NCBI RefSeq assembly: GCF_006345805.1
Contig: NC_043001.1
Span: 83,390,001-83,454,000, forward strand
Direction: 5' to 3'
Source of the DNA: Octopus sinensis
Taxonomy: Eukaryota
DNA length: 64,000 bases
This document shows, piece by piece, positions 13,512 through 24,827 of this stretch; positions within the stretch are counted from its first letter, which is position 1; each line of letters starts with the position of its first letter. Below the pieces are notes generated by a model. The model saw only the letters and a program-made list of their open reading frames with translations, ran no database searches and was not told the origin of the DNA. The translations under genes and the position numbers were made by a program.

Positions 13512-14684
13512 ACTCAGAAATCTGGATGGTTTTATATTTAAGGATTTTTATTAATAAAAATAATAAAAATCTGTAAATATAAAACCATCCAGATTTCTGA
13601 GTATCTTATTTCTTCTAATATATAATACCTGTACATCACCTCCAAACATTCTAATATATGTGTGTATATATATATCACCTTCACCTTGATCACCTTGACC
13701 GACCAGTCCGTCAGGCGTCCATTTGACACCGCTGGTCACAGCACGCTGTCCACTCCTCTCTGGATCGCGCCTTTCTCATCCACGTGATACCAATCGTCCT
13801 CCTGAAATCGTAACTCCACACACGCACACTCATGTTCCTAGGTGTATTTTCCTGCTTGCCTCACCAAACCTGCTTACATTTATCATGCTTATATCACACA
13901 TGCAAACCTATACAGAAGATACTTCAACATCAGACATGCAAAAGCGTACGAACTGTTCAATAAACTCTGTTTCAATAGGATTTCGATATCTTCTATAATT
14001 TTGTCGATCGTAGCCCCGTCACTGCATCTATTGTGATACATAAATACATACATACGTACATCATACATACATACATCATGCATACATGCATACATACATA
14101 CATACATACTTTTATACATACATAATAAATGTATATTTATGTGCCTGTATGCGTGTGAATGTATATATAACTATACATGTCAGTGAAAATTACCTTTAAC
14201 TCAACAACGTAGCGTTATTTAGACATTATATAATGAAAATATATTTCATCGTTTGGAATTTCGCTTCGATGATCATGGCTGATATTGAGAACAACAACAA
14301 CAACAGCAATAACAACAATATCTACACCTAATAAATCTGTGTTGTAAGGAAGACAGCGTTGCTATTCCAATCACTTCACTTGGTCTTTCCAATTAAATAA
14401 AGATTTATTCCGGTGCTATCAGGAAAAATATGAAGCTTTTAAAGATTTATCGCAATAAGGACATCTCTCCATATTTAAACATTTCGCAGCAAAGAAACTT
14501 CCCACTGCAGGCATCTTTCCTTGCCGGAAAATTCGCTATTTCAGATAATGATTGTCATTCGATCTTTTGTAGAATCAGACTATTTTCAAAATGCTATTTT
14601 CCATTGGAAGTAAATGGCAAAAACGTAAAGGAGTTATCATTACCATTACTAACAGATAACAGACCAGAATAGGGAAAAATACAT

Positions 14685-14835
14685 GAAGTTGCATGGCCTA
14701 GTGGTAAGGGTCCTGCATTCCCGATCGTAAGATGGCGGTTTCGATTCCCGGAATGGGCGAAGTGTTGTCTACTTGAGTAAAACTCCATTTCACGTTGCTT
14801 CAGTCTATTCGGCTGCAAATGAGTAACCCTGGTGT
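14685..14835 (+). mobile_element. tRNA-derived SINE (family D) head and body
   Basis: A box TGGCCTAGTGG, B box GGTTTCGATTCCC, then TTGAGTAAAACTCCATTTCACGTTGCTTCAGT. Confidence 0.7.
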
Positions 14836-14843
14836 GATATTTA

Positions 14844-14937
14844 GCATATGGCATAGTGGTAAAGAGCGCAGGCTACAACCCCCAAGATTCCGAGTTCGAT
14901 TCCAAGCAGTGACCTGAACAATAACAATAACAATAAC

Positions 14938-14993
<56 letters not shown>

Positions 14994-15153
14994 CATCGAA
15001 ATATACCTTAGGAGTGAGAACCCAGGTTCGAAATTTCCCCAAGACACCTGAAGAAGGGTGGAGGGTGTATATCAGCTGAAACGCTGTGTTAACAACAAAC
15101 AAGTTGAGGACAAATATCTGTCGAATGTAAATAATGTAAATAATGTAAATAAT
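14844..15153 (+). mobile_element. tRNA-headed SINE family E with internal (AAT)n and PLE-like tail
   Basis: A box TGGCATAGTGG, B box GAGTTCGATTCC, (AAC/AAT)n, CTGAAGA..GAAAC motif at 15048-15082, terminal 9-bp AATGTAAAT x3. Confidence 0.7.
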
Positions 15154-15332
15154 TTAGCGGAGATGTTGTGATTTCGATCACTTATAACAACATGGAAACA
15201 AGTAATTGACTCCTAAGACTCGACACAGTACATACTTTTATGGAAAATACACTCCAGGTTACAGAATATTAGCAACATCGTGACTATATGAAAAATATGA
15301 TATACATATTAGATAACCGATATCTATTTGTA

Positions 15333-15540
15333 TGGCAGAATCGTTAGCAAGCAAAACAAAATGCTTCGTGTCATTTCGATTGTCGCTACCTTTTGTGTTC
15401 AAATTCCGCCGAGACTGAATTTAGATTTTCTTCCTTTCGAGATCAAATTAGATTATAATTCTTTCAAGATCGATGAAACAACTACCAGTTAATCACCAAA
15501 ATTTCAGGCCTCGCGCCAATAGTAGAAACTATATTTATTA
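15333..15540 (+). mobile_element. SINE family B copy
   Basis: TGGCAGAATCGTTAGCA..GTTCAAATTCCGCCGAG..CAAAATTTCAGGCCT..TAGTAGAAA. Confidence 0.7.
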
Positions 15541-16030
15541 GTATGGTAGCTCTATCAGCGTGTAATAACACATACGAAATTTCTGGAAGTACACGTGATG
15601 ATGAAGTTATTTAACTTAATCCAACCAAATGAAAAATGAAACTCGAAGAAAAAATATTACAGACTACACAATAATCAATACAAGTGTAAGTTATATAAGA
15701 ATTCTTTGTTTACGATTAATACCTAAAAGTTAATTTAAGGATATATATTGTAAATACGGATGATTAACACTGTTTATTTACTTAATTATTAGATCTTCTA
15801 TTAACTAACAGTAACTGAGACGTAGAAATTCAAATTTGTTAACCAATTAGATATAGCTTATGATTTAAAATAATCGCTCCCTAAGTTTTGAAACTCTAAA
15901 ATATTAATATGTAATATATAACATGGCTATTATAGCTTATATATCATACCTTAACAAATGTTTTATTATTTGAAATTTTCAGTAGAAATACTCTATGAAA
16001 CAATATTAATTCGTTGGATAAAAATATAAA

Positions 16031-16424
16031 TCTTTATATATAAAAGAGAAGTTGTGTGTCTGTCTCCTACGATTTAGATTCCTAACTACTCCCACATTTT
16101 GTGGTGCAGTTTAACCAAAACCGGGTATCTTATAGTCGTGATTAATATCGAGCCCTTCTGGATATTAGCGCGCGTCTACGATGAGTCTACGATTAAAAAA
16201 AAATTACCATAATTTTTTTACATTTTAATGCATTTTTTCGCTATTATATAGGGAAAGTAACTCTCTAAAAATGTCTACGATGAGTCTGCGATTTAAAAAG
16301 AAATTACCATAATTTTTTTTCCATTTTTAATGCATTTTTTTGCTATTTTTGGCTATAACTCTCTAAAAATGCTTATATAGTTATTTCCCTTACAAACCCG
16401 AGCAACGCCGGGCGATACTGCTAG
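16031..16424 (+). mobile_element. Complete non-autonomous Helitron
   Basis: A|TC 5' end, subterminal hairpin CCCGAGCAACGCCGGG, CTAG|T 3' end; internal about 120-bp tandem duplication. Confidence 0.85.
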
Positions 16425-16770
16425 TATAAGTATAATTTAACTTTGACGAAAAGGAAAAAAATCCTCATATTGATATTGGTATATATTTGTACGTATGTTT
16501 ATAGATGTACATGTTGCTTCTATTTGGCACCCATACGCATGGACTTGGATGTATTAGAAGAACTATATACTAAAAGCCATGGCCTAACTGTATGTTTTTT
16601 TTATATATTTATATATACATGTATATTTGTATATGTATATGTATATATATTTGTTTGTATGGATTGTGGATTGTTTATCTTGTATCGTAATATTTGATAT
16701 ATTGGAATCTGTTATAATATGTATTGTCAAGTGAAGATTACTATAAATCTAATAATGTTATTATTGATAA

Positions 16771-16814
<44 letters not shown>

Positions 16815-16839
16815 TAATAATAATAATAATAATAATAAC

Positions 16840-16886
<47 letters not shown>

Positions 16887-17162
16887 CAATATTAGTAATA
16901 ATTTATTATTGTTTGTGTAGTCATGAGCATAGACGTATGTATATGTTCCAGTATATATGTATACATATGTATATGACGAATGGTCTATTTACTTGGACCT
17001 ATTGTTTAATTGTGTTTATTTATGTATTTATACACATGTAAAAGTATATATACTCTGCTTATGTATGTATACATGTATATGTGTAAGTCTATATAGATAT
17101 TTGTTCATATTTTAATATATATTAAGCTGTTTCATGTATTAATATTTTTAAAGTTATTTATA

Positions 17163-17293
17163 ATCTCTGACGAGGCCTATGGTTATATATAAGTACCCTA
17201 TTTTAAAATGCCTACAACCTCAATATAATTGACAACTATAGGCACTGAAAAAAAAACTACTCTCATCCATAGGCTGAAACAGCTGTAAGGAGT
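17163..17293 (+). ncRNA. Type I hammerhead ribozyme with long stem II extension
   Basis: CTGACGA (17167) - GGCCTATGG..CCATAGGCT - GAAAC-AGCT-GTA^ (17276-17287); 3-bp stem I. Confidence 0.65.
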
Positions 17294-17479
17294 GATTTTA
17301 ATAATTTCAATAATTTATATTATGATTTTTGTAATTGAATTCTTATATTATATGTATTGAATTATAATTGCATATATGTATGCTATTAGGTTCTCATTTT
17401 TGTTAAATGAATAAATAATTCAACATTCTAATATTCGAAATCTGATGAACCAACTAATTGTTCTCCATTTTCATATTTG

Positions 17480-17562
<83 letters not shown>

Positions 17563-17666
17563 CCTTTTTCGTTACACACACACGCACACATATACACCAT
17601 TGCTAAATAAATACATTACTCTTACACACATTCAATCTACTCGCCATTTATACCACCACGACACTG

Positions 17667-17766
17667 NNNNNNNNNNNNNNNNNNNNNNNNNNNNNNNNNN
17701 NNNNNNNNNNNNNNNNNNNNNNNNNNNNNNNNNNNNNNNNNNNNNNNNNNNNNNNNNNNNNNNNNN
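17667..17766. other. Assembly gap (100 N)
   Basis: Run of exactly 100 N, typical placeholder of unknown true length. Confidence 0.99.
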
Positions 17767-18021
17767 TATGAATTCATGTATGTGTGCGTGTGTGTATGTA
17801 TGCAAAACTTAGATAAACTTAGGTTTCGGCTATTATTTATAAACTTAGACTTTGTCGTAGTATCATTAACAGCAGTAGTCTTTTAAGTCTTATTTTAGGA
17901 CACTGTGAAATGGCGAGTTCTTGCTTGCCGCAAAGTATCTGGGTGTCGGTGGTTTGTCTGGCATTTCTTGAACACACACACAAACACACACACACAAATG
18001 CTCCCATGGACTCATCGAATA

Positions 18022-18741
18022 CCGTAAATCCTCGAGTATAATCCGCATTTTTTCCCAAAATTTACAAGTCAAAATCCCTAGTGCGTACTATATACGAGAT
18101 TAAAAATGAAAAATATTTTCTAAGCAATGTCCGAGTCTCTGCTGTCCGGCAATGTTTATTCAGATGCATTTTGTGATGTCGGGCGCGAAAATACCTTAAG
18201 CTAAGCCTGAAATCAATGGAGTCATAAAAGAATCATCCATAACTTGCAGTAAGCAACATTTACTAAACGTTATTGCTGTTATTATTGTTATTTCTTTATT
18301 TTCTGCAAACAAAAAGCACAAAAAAGCTACACGTTTACATTATGTTATATATACAATAATAATAAAGGACGTTACCGTATACAGTTTTTTTCAAACCAAG
18401 GACGTTATATAGATCTCCTTGACTCAAGTTAGAGAAGGTGTGCGTATTATACACAAAGTTTAAGTTTTTCAGAGGGGTACAGCCACCTAAAAATCTGCGT
18501 ATTATTTTATTATTATTATTATTATTATTGATTATTATCATTATTTATATTATTATTATTATTATTATTATTATGATATATTATATTATATTATTATTAT
18601 TATTATATTATTACTTATTATTATTATTATTTTATTTCTCTTTTTTTTTCTAAAAGATTTTGTGCTTGTTTATGTACCCTCACCTAAATATACTGGCCTG
18701 CATATTATACTCAAGGGCGGACTATACTCGAGGATTTACGG
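18022..18741. mobile_element. Tc1/mariner/pogo-superfamily MITE
   Basis: 25-bp TIRs CCGTAAATCCTCGAGTATA(A/G)TCCGC, 24/25 identical; TA target duplication at 18020-18021 and 18742-18743. Confidence 0.88.
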
Positions 18742-18882
18742 TAATTCGTCCTCGCTTTTCTTAACCCATGTGTTGTTCTCGAAAAACAGCAATGATTTTC
18801 ATGAGTGCATGATCACTAATATCATTACTATCAGTGATTGTTTTTGAAAAAGCAATATATATATACATATATGCTCTGAAGG

Positions 18883-19400
18883 GGCAACAATCAATGCACA
18901 CTAACAGACTGTCCCATCCGTGACACAGATTTAAGCCAACGGGTAAATGTTGTGTATAGAATACAATGTAACAAATGCAACAAGTTTTATGTTGGTAGCA
19001 CAACAAGACTGTTACACGTCCGCATCAAAGAACATCTGAGCACAAGAGGCTGCACCTTCAGAAAACATCTAGACAGATGCCTGAACGCCGATAAAAGCAT
19101 AACAGTCACAATTGAGGTCAATGAAATTTGGGTAATTTAAGAATTAAGGAAGCAATACTCTTACACAGACTAGGGCCCCAAAGTAACAACAGGCTGGAGG
19201 TTGGTAATCAATATATTATTTAACTACATCTGGATGGGTGTAGATTCATTTTTGATAATATGCTCATCTGTAGTTAATAACAAAAAAAGAAAATGAGAAG
19301 AGAAAAGAATTATGCACTCTACTGTCGGAGAGCGTTCAGCTTTTGCTGAGAGACCTGCACTGAAGATTTATTTAAAGTGGTCAAAATGTTCGTGCCGCAT
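18883..19400 (+). mobile_element. PLE 3' fragment (GIY-YIG endonuclease plus 3' UTR)
   Basis: VVYRIQCNKCNKFYVGSTTRLLHVRIKEHL..RKHL..IKEAIL..NRLE (VY-YVG, CxxC, RxxEH). Confidence 0.8.
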
Positions 19401-19490
19401 ATTAACTCACTCTCACCGTCAAATCGACGTTGTCTGATCAAATGTACTGTGTATCACATGTCAGGTGTCGAAGTGGTCGCAGAGCAATGC

Positions 19491-19563
<73 letters not shown>

Positions 19564-19689
19564 ATATATATATAGATATATATATATATATCTATATATA
19601 GTATATATATATATGATTCGTTACGATGATAACAATCTAATACGAAATCCGTCTCCTACTATTAATTAATACTATATATATTCTGTTAT

Positions 19690-19972
19690 TCTTTTTTTAT
19701 TTGTTTCAGTCATTTGAATGCGGCCATGCTGGAGCACCACCTTTAGTCGAACAAATCGACCCCAGGAGTTATTTTTTGTATACCTAGTAATATCGGTCTC
19801 TTTACGGGGACGTAAACACACCAGCATCGGTCGTCAAGCAATGTTGGGGGGACGAACACAGACACACAAACATATATACACATATACATATATATATATA
19901 TATATACATATATACGTCGGGCTTCTTTCAGTTTCCGTCTACCAAATCAAATCACAAGGCTTTGGTTGGCTT
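19690..19972 (-). mobile_element. SINE family A (tail plus internal microsatellite)
   Basis: Reverse complement of GGTGCTCCAGCATGGCCGCA.TCAAATGACTGAAACAAATAAA tail. Confidence 0.75.
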
Positions 19973-20197
19973 GTATAAATATACATGTGTGTGTGTGTGT
20001 GTGTATACATATAGGGTGTCCCCAAAAAATGTATGCACACTTTAAATAATTGTTAAGTAGAGTTTATTAAAATGCATTTCATTTTCAAAATTTAATAGAA
20101 TCTACAGACATTATTTTGTATATATATATATATATATATAAATATATATATAGAGAGAGAGAGAGAAAGGGAGAGGAAGAGAGAGAGAGAGAGATAC

Positions 20198-20241
<44 letters not shown>

Positions 20242-20792
20242 GATCATTGATGTTTTGGAATTGATCTTGGACTTATGGTATAGCAGCATACGTAACGGAA
20301 GAACAAGATTCGGCATTTTTTTCTCCTTAGTTTATAAATTTCCTTTTAATCCCCACTGTTCTAATAAGAATTTAATAGCTTGTGGCTTCATAAGAATTCA
20401 GTTTCCTTAACACGTGGTTAAGCTAATTTGCATATTGCTGCTGATTTTGAAAGGCCTTTAAAACTTCTCTTTACCCAAGAGCCAGCGTGAAAAGTTATTT
20501 TTCAATACGCAACACTAAAACACTTACATACATACGTACATTACATACACACATACATACTTTCATACATACATACATAAATAAATACATACATACATAC
20601 ATACATACATACATACATACATACATGCATGCATACATACATATATGCATACATGCAAATGTGTATGTATTCAGCAAAACTTTTAAATATATATATGTGT
20701 ATGTGTGTGTGTGTGTGTGTATTGCGTGCTTGCGTGTGTATTTGTGCGTATTCGGTAAACTTATGGATAGACAGACAGACAGACAGACAGAC

Positions 20793-20865
<73 letters not shown>

Positions 20866-21223
20866 CTCAAATATATGTGCATATACACATATACATGTAT
20901 ATAATATATTAATATATATATATGCGTATATACATATATATACACATTCATATTAATATATACTTATTATATATATATATCTACATACGCGCGCATGCAC
21001 ATAGAGATGAATTTACACAAGCGCATACGTTTACAGATATATGTATGTGGACGTATAGATGTATATAGATGTGTGCACATGCATGCATAAACACATACAT
21101 AGACACACACACTTACATACATACATACATACATACATACATGCATACATACATACATGCATACAACATACATACATACATACATACATACATACATACA
21201 TACATACATACATACATACATAC

Positions 21224-21680
21224 GAGTGGCTGTGTGGTAAGTAGCTTTTTTACCCACTACATGGTTCCGGGTTCAGTCCCACTGCGTGGCACCTTGGGCA
21301 AGTGTCTTCTACTATAGCCTCGGGCCGACCAAAGCCTTGTGAGTGGATTTGGTAGACGGAAACTGAAAGAAGCCCGTCTTATATATGTGTAGTATGATAT
21401 ATATATATATATATATATATTATATCTATATATATATCTATATATATATTATATATGCGGTGGTGTGTGTTTGTGTGTCATGTTTGTCCCTCTCGCATTG
21501 CTGACAACCGATGATGCTGTGTTTATGTTCCCCGTTACTTAGCGGTTCGGCAAAAGAGACCGATAGAATAAGTACTGGGCTTACAAAGAATAAGTCCCGG
21601 GGTCGAGTTGCTCGATTAAAGGCGGTGCTACAGCATGGCCGCAGTCAAATGACTGAAACAAGTAAAAGCGTAAAGAGAGA
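21224..21680 (+). mobile_element. Full-length SINE family A with internal (TA)n
   Basis: tRNA-like head, CORE-like block, (TA)n, ACTTAGCGGTTCGGCAAAAGAGACCGATAGAATAAGTAC body, CAAATGACTGAAACAAGTAAAAG tail. Confidence 0.85.
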
Positions 21681-22182
21681 GAGAGAGATATACATGTATA
21701 CATCTATCTATCTATCAATTTTTCTATCTCCCTATCTATCTTTATTAGCATCTCTGCGGGAGTATGTTTCTCTGTCTGCTAGTAACATAATTTCACTTTA
21801 CACAACACATTAGTCGAACAACCAGAGATGTAACTTTGTCCTGTGGATATTTTCTTTGCAGAAGTTTCAAGTGTGTAACGGTGGCTACGTAAATAATGCT
21901 AACTCTGCACTTGAAACTGAAACTCCGTACATAAACGTAAAAATATCCCCGTTCAGACATCAATTGAATTATGAATCATGAATTATGAATTATGAATTAT
22001 ACATTCAAATACATATCATTATTTGAAAAGAATGCAGTAGAAGGAAGAGGTAAATACTCAGGGACGCCTGCTGTATTAAAAATATATAATTAAATGAACG
22101 CTAATATATTTTATGTAATGTAGTGAGCAAAGAAAATTTATTTCTTGAAACTTGAAATTGTATATTCTGACAGGTGTAATAC

Positions 22183-22320
22183 TGGTTTCAAATTTTGGCA
22201 CAAGGCCAGCAATTGTGTTGCAGGGGATAAATCGATTGCATCGACTCCAATGTCCGGATGGTGGTCAAAATGCCGTTAAGCATTTATTCCGGTGTACTAA
22301 TGATTCTGCCAGCTCACTGC
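22183..22320 (-). mobile_element. SINE family B copy
   Basis: GGTTTCAAATTTTGGCACAAGGCCAGC..AATGATTCTGCCAGCTC on + strand. Confidence 0.65.
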
Positions 22321-22359
22321 CTTTGAGGAGTGTGATATTAATTAATTTTAAAATCTTGA

Positions 22360-22760
22360 CTCAGTTTGCATCGCCAGTCAGGAACTCCACCATCTTGCCC
22401 AGATTATCGAGCTGGAGTCTCTCCAGAGGAGTACAACAAGACGATAAGTGTCACCATATCTTGAACATCTTGCTTCTCTTGACATTGATGCAGTAAAGCT
22501 TCAGAATTTAGCGGCTGACTTCGGCGAAGCCCACAAGATTATCTACCACCTTTCCAACAAGTCTGGTCCCTTTTTTGAAATGCACTATCTCTACTACCCT
22601 TGAACATGTTTATAAAATCAAACAACAGCGCTGCAACCGTGACTTTCAAAAACATTTACCTCACCACGTGACCATTCTCAACTTATCAATCTGTCGCTAA
22701 CTGATAGCCAGGTATCTGAGTCACATTTTCTGACATCGGTAAGTAAATCTGTTAATTTTC
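22360..22760 (+). mobile_element. Decayed CR1-clade LINE C-terminal fragment
   Basis: IIELESLQRSTTRR and LAADFGEAHKII match the CR1 LExVQR..RRLRxDL..YKII C-terminus. Confidence 0.55.
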
Positions 22761-23099
22761 ACTCAAAATTCATCATGCTGTGATTAGAAATTCACGGCAC
22801 AGGAAATCTACCATCTTATGAGAATAGTCTCTTTTATGCTTCGCACGCTCACGATGCGGAAAACTGCCAAAATTATTTCAGCTTTCTTATACGTATTTCA
22901 GCATGTTATAATGTACTTGATTGCATATAAAACGCACTTTTTTCCCCAAAATTGCTTTTAAAATTCCCCTGAATCCTGCATGTCAGTGGTTCTCAACTGG
23001 AGTCCATTAAGATTTTCTTAAACTTCATCTGCAATAAAATGGATTTACTTCTATAGTGAACAAAATAATTGAACAACTTTTCTTATATAATTCTTATGC

Positions 23100-23430
23100 T
23101 GCGTGGCTAGTAGCTTGCTTACCAACTACATGGTTCCGGGTTCAGTCCCACTGCATGGCACCTTGGGCAAGTGTTTTCTACTATAGCCTCGGGCCGACTA
23201 AAGCCTTGTGAGTGGATATGGTAGACGGAAACAGAAAGAAGCCCGTCGTATATATGTATGTATGTATGTATGTATATATGTATGTATGTGTGTGTGTGTG
23301 TGTGTGTGTGTGCATATGTTTGTGTGTCTGTGTTAGTCCCACCAACATCGCTTTACAACCGACGCTGATGTGCTTACGTCCCACGAAATTAGCGGTTCGG
23401 CAAAAGAGACCGATAGAATAAGTCCTAGGC
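23100..23430 (+). mobile_element. SINE family A, 3'-truncated by a Helitron fragment
   Basis: Family A sequence stops at GAATAAGTCCTAGG. Confidence 0.8.
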
Positions 23431-23985
23431 AAAAAGTTCAAGTTTTTTTTGCCGATGACACTCCCCGGGCCCTAAGTAAGGCATGTGTAAAATTTAAATG
23501 AAATTGGTTGTGTAGTTCTCAAGTTTTAGGGAAACACACAGACAGACAGACAGACATCACACACACATTCTCAGTTTTACATATATAAAAGATATATATT
23601 ATATATATATAATATATATATATATACTTTATATATATAAAACTGAGAATGTGTGTGTGATGTTTCCCTAAAACTTGAGAACTACACAACCAATCATTTA
23701 AATTTTACACAGCCTTACTTAGGGGTCGTCCGGGGAGTTGTCATCGGCAAAAAACTTGAACTTTTGCCATAGGGCGAGCCACAGCAAATCATATCTTTCC
23801 ACTACGATTTCCTAAAACTTGAGAACTACACAACCAATTACATTCAAATTTTACACATGCCTTACTTTGGGTCCATGTAGTTTCATGGGCAAAAACATGT
23901 TCAACTTCTTGCCTAGAGCGAGCCCATAGCAATATCATATCTTCTCCACTATTTCAGTATTACGTGTTAAAAGTGAAACAAAATC
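23430..23985. mobile_element. Two head-to-head Helitron-like 5' ends around a (TA)n core
   Basis: Minus copy starts A|TCTTTTATATAT at 23592; plus copy starts about 23627; shared AAAACTGAGAATGTGTG..CCTAAAACTTGAGAACTACACAACCAAT; the plus copy has a second about 150-bp unit; no CTAG 3' end seen. Confidence 0.55.
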
Positions 23986-24063
23986 ATTATATATATATAT
24001 GTGTATAATATATATGTGTATAATGTATATGTGTATAATATATACACATATACATATATATAC

Positions 24064-24223
24064 GATGGGTTTCTTTCAGTTTCCGTCTACCAAATCCACT
24101 CACAAGGCTTTGGTAGACCCGAGGCTATAGTAGAAGACACTTGCCCAAGGTGCCACGCAGTGGGACTGAACCCGGAACCATGTGGTTGGTAAACAAGCTA
24201 CTTACCACACAGCCACTCCTACG
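24064..24223 (-). mobile_element. SINE family A head
   Basis: Near-identical to 1-135. Confidence 0.85.
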
Positions 24224-24464
24224 CCTGCAGATAAAGTTTAACAAAAATATCTTATATGGACTCCTTAAGAGACATATGAACTCCGGTTGAGAATCAGTGA
24301 CATGCGAGATACAGGGAATTTTCAAAAACATTTTTGAGGAAAAAAGAGTGTGTTTTATATGCCATCAAATAGGTATAACGTGCTGAAATACCTATAAGAA
24401 GGAATTAAAGAAATTTGGCAGTTTTCTGCATCATGAGCATATGGTCAGCTCATGGAATGTAAAT

Positions 24465-24544
24465 AATGTCAAGATGCAGCCCAAAGATATACCGTTCCGG
24501 ATGCAATGTCAAGATGCAGCCCAAAGATATACCGTTCCAGATGC
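24465..24544. repeat. 40-bp direct tandem duplication
   Basis: AATGTCAAGATGCAGCCCAAAGATATACCGTTCC(G/A)GATGC x2. Confidence 0.95.
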
Positions 24545-24776
24545 ACTATGACACCATCTCAATGCATATTTCATCATGCAATGATGAATCATACATAACG
24601 CAGTGGGACAGTCTGGGCGTGTATTCCTTCCTCTAATTACACTAACACATTCTAGTAGTAGCTACAACAGAAACGAATAAGAAACCACAGTTAGAGCACC
24701 ACAGTTGTATCTTAGCACTGTATAAGAAGTTGATGATGTTACTGCTGCCTTCTTCTTCTTCTTATTATTATTATTA

Positions 24777-24821
<45 letters not shown>

Positions 24822-24827
24822 TATTAT

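Noticed and set aside
19348-19392. CTGAAGA..GTCAAAA motif in the PLE 3' UTR
   Set aside because: No stem II and no GAAA; too decayed to call.
21845-21895. Short AG...GT microexon candidates (also 28905-28930)
   Set aside because: Weak splice signals, expected by chance in AT-rich DNA.
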